A stretch of 63,903 nucleotides of DNA, counting the filler, from Licmophora abbreviata (Eukaryota): assembly GCA_900291995.1 (NCBI GenBank). It is 12 parts of 12 records of this genome, joined end to end, with 100 filler letters (N's around TTAATTAATTAA, not from the genome) between each part and the next. Parts side by side here need not be neighbours in the genome. Positions count along the whole stretch, not along the records: positions 33,318 to 34,744 come from OLMU01004459.1; positions 34,845 to 57,126 come from OLMU01004460.1; 10 more parts are not named here. One strand, written 5' to 3'. The notes under the pieces are model-generated. The model ran no database searches, was not told where the DNA came from, and saw only the letters and a list, made by a program, of their open reading frames with translations. The translations under genes were made by a program, and so were the position numbers. Below, in pieces: positions 34,428 through 45,490 of the stretch (position 1 is its first letter; every line of letters starts with the position of its first letter).

Positions 34428-36002
34428 ATGAGCAAGTGGCTGAAGAAGGGAAATTATCAACAACACGAAGATAACGGAAACCACCAAGAACACTTTACGC
34501 CTCCCGCAACGACGACGACTGCTCCAATGTCTACCCCGACGACCGCTACAACCCCAACTGGCTATGCATCGCGACCGTCAGCGCAGCCTCACATTGTTTC
34601 TTACGGTGCTCAATCACAAGGAGACGTTGCTATGGATGTGGATGGCCAGGATGAGCGACGCGGTAGTAGGAATCGCCAATCGTCTCAGGTTCATCAGTAC
34701 GCCCACGGTTCCAATGGGGCGGCGACGAATGGCAGGGCTCGACANNNNNNNNNNNNNNNNNNNNNNNNNNNNNNNNNNNNNNNNNNNNTTAATTAATTAA
34801 NNNNNNNNNNNNNNNNNNNNNNNNNNNNNNNNNNNNNNNNNNNNCGTCAGTCGAGCGCTGCTCCGCTGCAGTATCACTACCGACCGCAAGCGGCAACACC
34901 TGCCGCCGCTGCGACCAATTCTCCCGCACAGCAGTTCTCGCCCCCTCAGGCGCCGCCGCTACAATACAAGACGCCTGCTACTCCGTCTCCCTCGGAAACC
35001 ATCCAGCCTAGCTTCCCACCTGCAGCAGTCACTTCAGACTCTCCTCCGCAGTCACAGCCAGCTCAACGGCGCCCGGCGTACTTGCTTCATCGCGACTTAG
35101 TGATTGGAAAAGGATCTTACGGGCAAGTCTGTATCGCGTCCCGGGGCGAGCCAGAAGGCCACTCGTCGGGGCGGTCGGGCAAGCGAAAGAAGTTTGCGTG
35201 CAAGTGCGTCATGCTTCGGAATGATCCAAAGTACATTTCCAAGCTACAAGAGGAGGTGAATGTGCTGCGGGAGCTTCGTGGGCACACCAATGTCATCCGA
35301 CTTTACGACGTCTTCTGCGTCGACAATGAACTCTTTATAATAACTGAACTCGGTCGAGGTGGTGATCTGTTTCACTTGCTTACGACACATCCAAAGCACG
35401 GTGTGACTGAGTCGTACGCTGCCAAGACGGTGGCGGAGATGCTGTCGGCTGTCGCCTTCCTTCATTCGCGCAGTATTTGCCATAGAGATCTCAAACTGGA
35501 GAACTGGGTGTTGGAGTCGGGCAAGGATGTATGGAGTCCGCTGAAGCTGATTGACTTTGGTCTGTCGACGCACTTTAATCCTGGCCAAAGGCTGAGCCGT
35601 GTCGTGGGGTCGTCGTACTATGTGGCACCTGAAGTCTTGAAGAAGTCTTACACAGAAGCTTGTGACCTATGGAGTCTCGGCGTTATTGTATACATGCTTC
35701 TGAGTGGAGCGCCTCCCTTTTATGGAAAGAACGACGAAGCGATCAAAGCCTCTATTGTACAGGGAGAGTACTCGTTTCCTCAAGAGCTCTTTCGCGATGT
35801 GTCGGACGAAGCCATGGCGTTTGTTTCCACTCTTTTATCTTACAACATAGAGTATCGATACACGGCGGGTCAAGCTTTGACTCATCCATGGCTGGCTAGC
35901 AATCTTGATCCGGAATTGCTGCAGAAGACTAAAGACGGTGCGCAGGGAATGGGTGTCCTGCCGAGTGACCCAAATGATAGATTGGAACCCATGCAACTGT
36001 AA
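34428..36002 (+). CDS. CAMK/CDPK-like Ser/Thr protein kinase with a low-complexity N-terminus (spans gap 34745-34844); no EF-hands visible
   Basis: GKGSYGQV, FACK, HRDLKLEN, IDFGLS, VGSSYYVAPEVL, CDLWSLGV; ORF ends shortly after HPWL. Confidence 0.88.
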
Positions 36003-36132
36003 ATGAATCCATACGACTATTTTAAAGTAAACATCTATGGAATCCATTGTTCGTTCTAGTTTCGTTCTATTTTAGTCCACTGTCTATATGTTGTAGGAAA
36101 TGGAGGTAGCATCGGAACGACATCGGCCTCGC

Positions 36133-36849
36133 CTACTGCTTCTTGCCGGTCGTGATGTTGTCGATATGGCCTCCCACACTTCCATCTCTTTCACAGATAC
36201 GGTCAACAATGTATGTTGCCACATCGGCGCGGTCGACACTAGTGGTTGGAGCTTTCTCCGCATCACCAAACGTTACAACTCTGCCTGGGGTTGGCTTGTC
36301 GTTCGTCAACCCGGTGGGACGCACAATCCATGTTCGATCGATCAGGTCCTCATCGCCGAGGAAGACAGCCTCCTGACCCGTGTGATCCACCAGGACGTTA
36401 CGTAGGTGATATTCAATCAGTCGGCCGAGACCCATGCCGACCTTGATGCGGCTATTTCCGGCACCAGAGCTGCTGAGCACGACGACCTGAACGTCATCTT
36501 GCACATCAGTAGTATGCAAGCTTTTGGCTAGTGCCGACGCGGACGCAGTGCGAATGTCGGATTTTCCAAGGTCGCTCCCAGATCCAATACAGACTACAAC
36601 GTGCGTGGCCTTTGTTGAGACGAGAGCTCTTGACAAATCGGTGGACTTTCGAGCGTCCCCTTTCTGAATTGAAGTGATGGCGTCTACGTACTCCGAGGGT
36701 ACCTTCGTCGGATCGCGACAAAAGACATGAACTTGAGGATTGGTGGGGTTCTCGTGTCGCGACGGGTGAGCAAGAAGCTGTTTCATGACTTGTTCACCAG
36801 TAGGGCCAGTGGCGCCAATGAGAAGGATAGACTTGGGGCGAGAGGGCAT
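36133..36849 (-). CDS. NAD(P)-binding protein (NAD_binding_10 / flavin reductase BLVRB-like), copy 1
   Basis: LIGATGPTG Rossmann motif, DHTGQE, WIVRPTGL, VDRADVA. Confidence 0.88.
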   Translation of the reverse strand: MPSRPKSILLIGATGPTGEQVMKQLLAHPSRHENPTNPQVHVFCRDPTKVPSEYVDAITSIQKGDARKSTDLSRALVSTKATHVVVCIGSGSDLGKSDIRTASASALAKSLHTTDVQDDVQVVVLSSSGAGNSRIKVGMGLGRLIEYHLRNVLVDHTGQEAVFLGDEDLIDRTWIVRPTGLTNDKPTPGRVVTFGDAEKAPTTSVDRADVATYIVDRICERDGSVGGHIDNITTGKKQ

Positions 36850-37262
36850 GGTGCTGATGAGATGTAGTCAGATGTTGGTTGAAAAGAAAGTTTTTCGGTG
36901 TTCGTTGATTTTGTGAGCTGAACAGACTCGTACTCGTAGGCTGTTCCTGGTCGTTCGGCATCTATTGGGTGTGTTCGACCATGTTCCCGCGACATTTTAT
37001 CCGCGCTTTCGCGCCAAACTTTGAGAATGCGAGCTCGATAGGAAAGAAACATCACTTGAAGCTCGTAAGTGCATAATGTGCCGGTACCGGTGCGTACATA
37101 CGACCACAACGCGAAGGTTGATGGTTCAAAGCTGCCGCCTTCTATGCGGCGATGAACACCCTTTCTTTCACTTGTGTCTTGCTCGAGGCGGAGTATGCCC
37201 CGTTTTATGAGTCGTGAGGGTAAACAGTGTCCAGTATGAGCTGGCATCCGTCGAGCGTGCTC

Positions 37263-38318
37263 TCATCGCCGTCTCTTCCCTTTCTTCGTTTTTCCTTGCT
37301 TTCCACGTGCTGGATTCACACCATCCTTCTTTCTCGTGATATGTGGTGGTTTGTCACCTCGTGCCTCGACCTTTAGAACGTCCTTGATTAACGTAATCTC
37401 ATCGTTTTGTTGTCTCTCTCCTATCCCCAATCTCGTCAGAGTGGAAGGCTGGCTCAAGACTACCGTTTGCGCAATCGACAGAAACGCGTTGGGTATCCAA
37501 AAGCAGTGCACCGATGCAGGAACATCAATCAGAACAAAAAACGCCGCTCCACGAAGTGTACGAAGGAACCATCGCATCCTAACCGACTGCTCCATGGGTC
37601 GTCCCATGTGGTCAGCATCGAGCTCTCCCATGGCGAAGAATGAAGATGCCGATAGAATCGGAAGAAAGCGCAGCGGGTCAGGCTCGGCCAGATCAACAAA
37701 CCACAATAGTCCTCCAGTACTCATTTCGTCTGGATAGTAAAATCCCATCCATCTAAGTCCATACCATATGCCAACCGTAAGGGTTAGCGTCGCAACTGGC
37801 AAAACAAATCGTTGGCTTGGCTTGTAGCCATAGCTCGCATACAACGCTTCGACCGCATTTCGGGTGGCTCGCTTCTGCCGATGTAGTGCTTCCAGTTTTG
37901 GGAGCACTAAATCACGTCGGCTGTTGTTCTTAATAGACTTGATCACGAGGGGGGATAGAGCCAGGCGTCCCGCAACCGTTATGGCGCAGATGGAAGTCGC
38001 GTAAGAAGCGCCAGTCATGTCATGCGTGAGATGGACCATATCCATGACGTACTGGCCCAAATTATACCAGCTCATGGGTTCACTAGGAGTATGCAGTAGT
38101 TTGGAAGAAGAGTGAAAGTCGCGTCGGTGAGGTGCGGCAGCACACCGAGTTGAAGTGACAGCCAGGGAGCATCGGCTTGCACGGCATCTGATGGTCCTCG
38201 CCGAGCTCGTCCAATTGGCAGGTTCTCTTCGCGTTCGAAGCGGAATCTCCTGAAAAGATACCAAGTGTCTCACGGTAGAGATGGAGCGGTGACGCAGAGG
38301 CTGCGAAGAAGCCTTCAT
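37263..38318 (-). CDS. Mitochondrial Oxa1/Cox18/YidC-family membrane insertase, divergent copy
   Basis: Arg/Ser-rich presequence, HDMTGASY, TVAGRLALSPL, GGLLWFVDLAEPDP..LPIL, PASVHCFW, basic C-terminal tail. Confidence 0.82.
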   Translation of the reverse strand: MKASSQPLRHRSISTVRHLVSFQEIPLRTRREPANWTSSARTIRCRASRCSLAVTSTRCAAAPHRRDFHSSSKLLHTPSEPMSWYNLGQYVMDMVHLTHDMTGASYATSICAITVAGRLALSPLVIKSIKNNSRRDLVLPKLEALHRQKRATRNAVEALYASYGYKPSQRFVLPVATLTLTVGIWYGLRWMGFYYPDEMSTGGLLWFVDLAEPDPLRFLPILSASSFFAMGELDADHMGRPMEQSVRMRWFLRTLRGAAFFVLIDVPASVHCFWIPNAFLSIAQTVVLSQPSTLTRLGIGERQQNDEITLIKDVLKVEARGDKPPHITRKKDGVNPARGKQGKTKKGKRRR

Positions 38319-38705
38319 AGTGGTCAGGCGAGAAGCTACGAAAGCAGGCGACCTGTCAACTATCAATGAGATGAGGCATTCGACGCGTTGATGACAGCAT
38401 CTTTTTTTCCGGCCCGCGCGTCGAACAGGTCCTGGCGTTGATCACAGTTTACGAGCTCGCGCGCTCCATGCCAACGTCGTCCTGAGCGCGAAGCATTGAA
38501 GCCGCGAGGACGATGCTTGCCATGGTATCGTACTGGTACCCGACCACCAACGATACCTTGAAGGGTTTATGGTCTCTGAGGATCAGGTGCAGTACCGCTT
38601 GACATGGAAAATTAGGCTACAAGAAACGGCTTGGGTTTGAGCTTTCAACGATATGATAACTCTAGCCAAACTTCCTATAGGTATCGCTTCACTGTGTCGC
38701 ATGCA

Positions 38706-39485
38706 CTAAGCCGATAGCATCTCAATCTGCGTTCCCATGCCCATGTCCATCCCATTATACTGCTCGACAGCCTTCTTGGCGGACTCGGTGTCCTCAAACG
38801 TGACCTTTCCTGTTAGGATCGGAAGGTCTTCAGACTCAATGCACTCGAAGTCGGCAATCGCACCGACGGCCTCCAAAGTCATCTTGCAAGCAGCCTCCCC
38901 CATGTTCGCTGGAAATCCACTGAACTTGACCGTCGGACCATTGACAGGAGGTGGCGCCGTCAGAGCCTTCTGAGTATTTCGCAAGAGACCCTTGTAGGTA
39001 CTGCCATACCGCTTCGTCGCCAACTCAGGATCTTGCACATACTCCTTGATGACATTCTCCGCGTTGTGATCACCCTTGCCCTTGAGCTTGTTGTAAAACT
39101 CCTCGAATGCAGGTTTGGTGTACATTGCTTCTTCAAACTTGGACGAGAACGATGTGGGCTTCTTCTTTTCTTTTTCGGATCCGGGCATTCGACCAGCCTT
39201 GCGCAGTCGCATCTCGACCAGCATGAGTCGGACTTCCATTTCGTTCATCGTGGGGGGTGCTCGAATACCACTGGTCAATAGTTCTTCTTCCACCTCTTCG
39301 TATGTCAGAGGCTGAACATTTGCAAACTCTTCCCCCACAACGGGATCGTTGTAATCAAGTGCCATTCGCATCGCCGTCCGAGAGGTGCGTCGCGATGCGT
39401 GGGCAGGCACCCAGGCGGACACCGAAGGCAGAGCCATCGAAACAAGGACGGCAAACGCTGCGACTCGCATACTGAAAGAATACAT
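38706..39485 (-). CDS. Plastid-targeted RRM-domain protein
   Basis: Signal peptide with VSA-WVP cleavage motif; C-terminal RRM-like fold (VKFSGFP...GKVTFEDTESAKKAVEQYNG). Confidence 0.8.
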   Translation of the reverse strand: MYSFSMRVAAFAVLVSMALPSVSAWVPAHASRRTSRTAMRMALDYNDPVVGEEFANVQPLTYEEVEEELLTSGIRAPPTMNEMEVRLMLVEMRLRKAGRMPGSEKEKKKPTSFSSKFEEAMYTKPAFEEFYNKLKGKGDHNAENVIKEYVQDPELATKRYGSTYKGLLRNTQKALTAPPPVNGPTVKFSGFPANMGEAACKMTLEAVGAIADFECIESEDLPILTGKVTFEDTESAKKAVEQYNGMDMGMGTQIEMLSA

Positions 39486-39790
39486 GATGACCTTTCCAGC
39501 GAGACCAAGGATCAGGGTGGGGAAGTATAATGAGGGGTGCGATGGTGGCAACGAACCTCTGACGTGCTGATGCCAACTTCGAAGCCGCGAAGCACATCAA
39601 CGCGCGGCTCGCTTCAAGATTGTACGGCTGATGTGTCGTTCCACGCGGCGGACTGGCATGCGACATTGAAGTTCAGATGTAGTCGAATGATTCGACTACG
39701 ACGTTGGCTCAACTCGAAGTCTGCTGGTCGGCTACATTCTCATCAAGCTAACATCCCGTTTCTAGTTTGACAGAAACTAGATCCTAAACG

Positions 39791-41722
39791 TTAGAAGGCT
39801 CTGCCAAAAAGAGCCATATGGGTGGCATCCTTGCCCGAGTAGAAGCATTTCTTTCCATCGGCCTCTCCATTGTCATTCGAGCCGAGCGGATAGCATCTTA
39901 TGGTCGCCTTACACTCTTCCTTGATCTTGTCTTCATTTTCAGCGTCACATTTCCAGGGAACCAAGAACAGTCCAGCTCCAGGGTATCCGGAAGCTTCGTC
40001 TGCTTCCAGAGCAGCCTTCATTTCAGCGTAGGTGGCACCCTCTGTGATTCCGTCCCGTAACCTTTGATTGGCAATATCGAACAATGACGCCTGCATTTCG
40101 TCCAGTCCGATATTGGCCGTCGTGGACGCTTCCGCCAGGTCCACTGATTGTTTCTCGTTCGAGTCAGCTCCAGCACGGTACTTGAAAATGCACACCCCCT
40201 TTGTCAAATCCCGGGGACCCAACTCAATGCGAAGTGGCACACCCTTTCGCTCCCATTCAAAGTATTTTGCCCCGTTACGAACGTAGTCACGATCATCGAC
40301 CTTCACTCGCAGTCCCTTGGCTTTCAGCTCAACGACAAGACTATCGAGTGCAGCATCCATTGCAGCCTTTCCCTCTTCATCGTTCTTCTTGGGTGCGATA
40401 GGAACAATCACTACTTGTACGGGAGCCACACGAGGCGGCAGTACCAATCCAGCATCATCGGAATGGGTCATGATGAGTGCTCCTAATAGGCGAGTTGAAA
40501 CGCCCCACGAAGTCCCCCAAACATCCTGCTGTTGCCCGTTCGTGTCTTGAAAAGTTACATTGAACGCCTTTCCAAAGCTCTGGCCAAGAAAATGAGATGT
40601 TCCCGACTGCAGTGCCCACCCGTTTTGCATTAGAGCTTCGATTGTAAACGTCTCTTCGGCTCCGGCAAAGCGTTCAGACGGACTCTTCACACCGCGAACA
40701 ACCGGCAAAGCCAAGAGCTCTTCGCATAGACTGGCATAATTCTCCAGCATGGATCGGGCATCATCTAGCGCTCCCTCGGCTGTGGCATGCGCCGTGTGTC
40801 CCTCTTGCCATAGGAATTCGGACGTGCGTAAGAAGGGGCGTGTTCGCATCTCCCAACGCATGACATTGGCCCACTGGTTGATCTTGAGTGGCAAGTCTCT
40901 GTGGCTGTTGATCCATTTTCGAAACATGTACCAGATCATGGTTTCCGAAGTTGGACGAATAATAAGAGGATCTTCCAGCTCAGCGTCCGGGTCGGCAATC
41001 AATCCATCTTCCCCCGCAGTCAGGCGATGATGTGTCACAACGGCACATTCTTTGGCAAATCCATCGACGTGCTCTGCTTCCTTGGACAGAAATGACTTCG
41101 GAATCAGGAGAGGGAAGTACGCGTTCTCAGCGCCATGTTCTTGGATCCGAGCATCCAGATCTTGTCGTACGCGATCCCATAGAGACATGCCCCATGGTTT
41201 GATCACCATGCAACCCCGAACTGGAGATGTTTCTGCCAAGCCCGTGACCCGAATCAAGTCGTTGAACCATTTCGAATAGTCCACCGCCCGAGCCGTAATG
41301 AAATCAGATTCTTCCTTTTCGTCGTCACTTTCCATGCTGTTCTTAAACTTTTGTTGTTGAGGTTTTGACTGTTTCTTTTTCGGTTTCGTCTCGACTAGCG
41401 AGGGATCTAGTTGAGCCTTCAGCGCCAGGAGTTCCGTCACGAGAGGAGCGACCGCCGCCTTGTCGGCGCCTCCTTCTTTCAAGGCTCGAATTTCGTCCCC
41501 CTTACTCTTGATCTGCGCTTCCAGCTGAGTTTTTTCCGCGTCAGTTGCTGAACTAAAGAGAGTTATTTGGGGAAGCAATAGCCTACTGGAAGGGTTGATG
41601 GCTAGGACAGGCGTGTTGCGTCGAGGAGAGGGGGCGACGAAAGCTCTGGCACCTCGCAAGGCCAACGCTCCGACGACCGTCCTCATGGCGAGCGATCCAA
41701 GGCTGCAGGATCTTGTCCTCAT
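39791..41722 (-). CDS. proS: Organellar prolyl-tRNA synthetase (eukaryote/archaeal type) with N-terminal WHEP-like domain
   Basis: ARA-FVAP presequence, KGDEIRALK...VTELLALKAQL (WHEP), IRPTSET, QWANVMRWE, FLWQEGHT, QSGTSHFLGQ, TSWGVSTR, C-terminal FGRAF. Confidence 0.95.
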   Translation of the reverse strand: MRTRSCSLGSLAMRTVVGALALRGARAFVAPSPRRNTPVLAINPSSRLLLPQITLFSSATDAEKTQLEAQIKSKGDEIRALKEGGADKAAVAPLVTELLALKAQLDPSLVETKPKKKQSKPQQQKFKNSMESDDEKEESDFITARAVDYSKWFNDLIRVTGLAETSPVRGCMVIKPWGMSLWDRVRQDLDARIQEHGAENAYFPLLIPKSFLSKEAEHVDGFAKECAVVTHHRLTAGEDGLIADPDAELEDPLIIRPTSETMIWYMFRKWINSHRDLPLKINQWANVMRWEMRTRPFLRTSEFLWQEGHTAHATAEGALDDARSMLENYASLCEELLALPVVRGVKSPSERFAGAEETFTIEALMQNGWALQSGTSHFLGQSFGKAFNVTFQDTNGQQQDVWGTSWGVSTRLLGALIMTHSDDAGLVLPPRVAPVQVVIVPIAPKKNDEEGKAAMDAALDSLVVELKAKGLRVKVDDRDYVRNGAKYFEWERKGVPLRIELGPRDLTKGVCIFKYRAGADSNEKQSVDLAEASTTANIGLDEMQASLFDIANQRLRDGITEGATYAEMKAALEADEASGYPGAGLFLVPWKCDAENEDKIKEECKATIRCYPLGSNDNGEADGKKCFYSGKDATHMALFGRAF

Positions 41723-42263
41723 TGAGCTTTACTTGAACCTGAAAAGGAAAGCAGCGTCAAGGTCAGTGTCAGTCGCATAGGAGTGCCCAATCGATGCGGC
41801 TGCAGCATCAGATAGTAACCATCACAACATTGAACATGATTCATGCGTCATCTTTTCCATCATCATCAACCACACACTACGAGTAGGTTACTACGCGAGC
41901 CATCGAACACAAGTTGGAGTGACGGCCAGACTCTTGAAAGGTGAAAAAGAAAAGAAAGGTCAACACAGGCATGCCTTGCCATGTTTCATCACTCCGTATC
42001 CCAATACCGGTACTCGACTCACTCTAGGTGTCATATCATAGAGGTACCCCGTACTGAACGACGATATCCTACTGTATCAAAAGTTACGAGCAGAGATGCA
42101 ACATCGTAGTGGAGAGGCCTTACTAGCCGCTATTTAGAACCAAGTGGCGTCTTCCTTGTATTCTCTAGGAGTATTATTTACATCGCCAATTGTAGGTCAC
42201 ATTCCTCTATCAACCAGTACTGCTCGACCTTCTCCGTGTGTATAGCATAGACACAAGCAGCTG

Positions 42264-43247
42264 CTAGACTTGCCGTTTATCTTCAAGTCCCAGCTCAACA
42301 AAGCTCTGCTCCCACTTATTGAGCAAGGGTCGCCACAGATCGACGAGCCGTTGCAAGTCATCCAGAATCACCTGCTCCTGTTCTTCGCTGTCCAGCTGTT
42401 CTTTTTCGTCTCCCACAAACTTGGCCAAGACGCTCTGCCTTTGCTTCGGCAGATTGGCAGACAAGAATGTCGCATAGAGTTTCTGCAGGGCCCATCCATG
42501 GTAGGGTCGCAGTGTATTCTGATAGGCACTCAACGCCGAAGCCTTGGGGTCCATGCCTTTCACTATTCCCTCGTACCAGTCGGATTGAAACTCTAGACTT
42601 CGACGAATCCACAGTAGTCCCATGGCCCCTGAAGGATCCTTCAATGCGAGGCTGACGGTAGCATGCTCGTCGCTGACGTGACACTCACGCTGATGAACAC
42701 CCTGATCACGTTCCGTCTGTAACAGAGACTTCATGCAAGAGACATCCCTCGTACGCTTGGATGGTTTGTAGGACAGCAGTCGTTCCGCCTTTTGAAGATT
42801 GTCGGCAAAGTTGCTGGCAACTGCTTTGGGGCCCGTTTGGCGCAGAACGTCCGAAAATACACGGCATGCCTCCAAAAGCGGTTCCATAGGAATCGACAAG
42901 CCTTGCTTGGAATGACGGTAATAAGATTGCAACACATTCTCAAAGGACTGAGTCACTTGACGGAGGTGCGTCGTCGTTGTTTCCGATACAGAGGCAGGCG
43001 GTGCGCCGATTCGACGGCGCACGAGAGTAATTGGGTTCGACGGCGCTGGCAAGGAAGGGAAGACTCCGATTCGACGACGGACGAGAGTCATGGTATTCTT
43101 GAAACCGTCACCTCGGCGACGAATTTCGGGTGCACCCTCAATCGAGACCAGAGAACAGGCGATGAAGAAGACAAATAGCCTCGGGCGAGTGAAAGGGGGC
43201 ATGCTTCGTGATTGTACCCAAGCAATCACGGAGGACACTCTCTCCAT
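42264..43247 (-). CDS. Glycolipid transfer protein (GLTP) domain protein with N-terminal hydrophobic segment; start uncertain (43247 or 43203)
   Basis: NFADNLQK, SGAMGLLWIRRSLEF, AYQNTLRPYHGW motifs. Confidence 0.85.
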   Translation of the reverse strand: MERVSSVIAWVQSRSMPPFTRPRLFVFFIACSLVSIEGAPEIRRRGDGFKNTMTLVRRRIGVFPSLPAPSNPITLVRRRIGAPPASVSETTTTHLRQVTQSFENVLQSYYRHSKQGLSIPMEPLLEACRVFSDVLRQTGPKAVASNFADNLQKAERLLSYKPSKRTRDVSCMKSLLQTERDQGVHQRECHVSDEHATVSLALKDPSGAMGLLWIRRSLEFQSDWYEGIVKGMDPKASALSAYQNTLRPYHGWALQKLYATFLSANLPKQRQSVLAKFVGDEKEQLDSEEQEQVILDDLQRLVDLWRPLLNKWEQSFVELGLEDKRQV

Positions 43248-43748
43248 GTGTACAGTGGGCCTGAAGAAAAAGAAGATCAGTTCAGCCAAAGGGTTGAATT
43301 GAAGCGACAGACAGGAAGAGAAGAGAGTAGCAGTGGACAAATGCGACCACGAAAGAACTTCTTCTCAGATGTCATTGCACTGTGGCAATACAAGAGAGTG
43401 ACGAGAGTGACAACGCTGTCAGCATCATCGTCCGTCAGAATTCTGTTGTTCGAAATAGTTTGAAATTCTGAAATTTTGCCCTAATTTGAAACTTTGGGCG
43501 CTTCTGGTGACATTTTGGATAGTTTCTGAACTGCCCAAATGTGTCAGTCTCAGACGCCGACCAGTGGATGATTAGAGGCGAGTACTTCCGGATTCTATCT
43601 GCTTGAGAGTGAGTCTCCAGTTCCGATAGGTCCCCTTTAGCTCCCAATGAATCTAGGTTTCCGCAGAAATGCAATCTTTTGGTAAAGCTCGCCGGTACAC
43701 AAGACCTACAAGGTATGATCGTGTTTCAAAAAATCTGGAATCGATGGC

Positions 43749-45176
43749 CTACAAAGCCATAGCAAACTCATGCACCATCCAAGCGACAAACGTAGCCACG
43801 GCAGCACCAAGCATGATCGCTCCCCTTGTGAGAAATGGTGTGACAATACTGGCAACTTCAGGTTCTCCAACTATTCGGACAACTTCTGGGTCACAACGAA
43901 ACGATCCTTGATCGGATTCCCGCGCGAAGCCTATCTCGACCAACTTTGCAGCTTGGTCAAGCGTCGGGCCATTCTGAATCTGCGTTTGAAGTTTTTCTGA
44001 AGCTTGGCGGTAGCTCGCGTCAGTCAAAATACGCTGTATGGCTTGCTTCAATGCTGCCGGTGTTGCTTTGTCTGGTTGTACGACCACAGCCGCTCCTGCA
44101 TACTCGAGGCGGGCGGCGACGCCGGGTTGATCATTGGCGATTGGCAGCGCCAACATGGGCAGTCCATATGAAAGCCCTTCTAGAGCCGTGTTCATTCCTG
44201 CATGAGTCACAAGAGCCGTGGCTTTTTCCAACAGCTGGAGCTGTGGAGCATAATCGACTAGAATAGCTCCCTTTGGTAACGAGCCCGTGAGCGTGGCACC
44301 GCGGCGACCGAGGGACAACACGAGCTGGACTTCCTCCAAGTTCATACAAGCCTCTGCCAGCTTTCGATACAGTTCTTCAATACGGTTCTGTATGGTACCT
44401 AGGGAAACATAGAGGATTGGGCGCCCGTCCAACAAATCCCAAGGAAAGGTACAAAACTCTTGGTCTCTGTTGGGCTTGTGCCAAGGCGTCGTGTGGACAA
44501 AGTTCTTTGGAACGTCCTCATACGGAAAATCGACACTGCCTGGTATTTGGGCTAACCAGAAGCACGGTGCCTCCTCTTTATATGTGCTCTGTAAAACAGG
44601 AAGACCGTTTGCCCGGCGGTAAGCATCCGTCTGGATACGAATGGGTCTGGTAAGGGCCATAAACACCAGCCAAGCAATAGTGTTGCGAAGTCTTCCAAGC
44701 CAGGAGTACCCCGGCTGCCAGGGTGTAAAGCAGGGTGGTGCGAGCGGGTCTGGGAAGAAAGTCAGGGCATTACTGATTATGCCGAATCGAACGTTGTGAA
44801 GTTCGGCAATGGATCCACAGGGGATAGAGATTTCGTCAATAATCAGGCCGTCGAATTTCTGTTTCTGCAGAATGGAAGGGACCTCCCTCAATAACAATTT
44901 ATCGACGTCCAATGCTAGCTTGATGGTACGTTTTAGTGCATGTGCACCATGAGACCGTGCAATCTCTTCCAGGGCAGAAGCAATGTCCTGTTGCTCTGCT
45001 TCGGATATGTCAAGCGGGGCAAACTCTAGCCCGGCTCGTTTCGCGTACTGACCCGCAGCCGGTATGGATATCAGCGTTACACGATGGCCGCGCTCTTTCA
45101 AAGCCTGTCCGAGCGTTGTTCCGGGGTTGCAATGGCCTGGAACATCGGGAAGGATCAGTCCGATGTGAAGCACCAT
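43749..45176 (-). CDS. GT1 UDP-glycosyltransferase resembling bacterial MGT/CrtX type, with C-terminal TM anchor
   Basis: PGHCNP...ALKERGHRVT, FPWDLLDGRPILYVSLGT, YAPQLQLL...THAGMNTALEGL..GLPMLALP...DQPGVAARL. Confidence 0.9.
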   Translation of the reverse strand: MVLHIGLILPDVPGHCNPGTTLGQALKERGHRVTLISIPAAGQYAKRAGLEFAPLDISEAEQQDIASALEEIARSHGAHALKRTIKLALDVDKLLLREVPSILQKQKFDGLIIDEISIPCGSIAELHNVRFGIISNALTFFPDPLAPPCFTPWQPGYSWLGRLRNTIAWLVFMALTRPIRIQTDAYRRANGLPVLQSTYKEEAPCFWLAQIPGSVDFPYEDVPKNFVHTTPWHKPNRDQEFCTFPWDLLDGRPILYVSLGTIQNRIEELYRKLAEACMNLEEVQLVLSLGRRGATLTGSLPKGAILVDYAPQLQLLEKATALVTHAGMNTALEGLSYGLPMLALPIANDQPGVAARLEYAGAAVVVQPDKATPAALKQAIQRILTDASYRQASEKLQTQIQNGPTLDQAAKLVEIGFARESDQGSFRCDPEVVRIVGEPEVASIVTPFLTRGAIMLGAAVATFVAWMVHEFAMAL

Positions 45177-45490
45177 GGTGTTGTAGCAACCGGAGTGATA
45201 TTGGAATGAGGTGTGAGGAGCGAGCGAAGGAATTTTCGAATTTTCTATTTTCATTTTTCCGGATTGAAAATTCGGGGTTGACGTCATGTTCCGGACGCGG
45301 GACTGAAATCACTCTCAAACGTTTCTCGTAGAAAGGCGTTGAAGCCATCTAAATGTAACCATTGAGAAAGAGCCCTTATCATCAATGCAGGCGCTGAGGA
45401 GTGTCACTGGCAGGAGAACAGAATTCTGAAGTCTTGTGATGGCAGGTGTCATTTTCGCATTCTCGTGATGAGTGATGAGAGAGAAACACC

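Noticed and set aside
34428..36002. Calling the kinase a CDPK
   Set aside because: No EF-hand domain follows the kinase domain, so it was kept as CAMK/CDPK-like.
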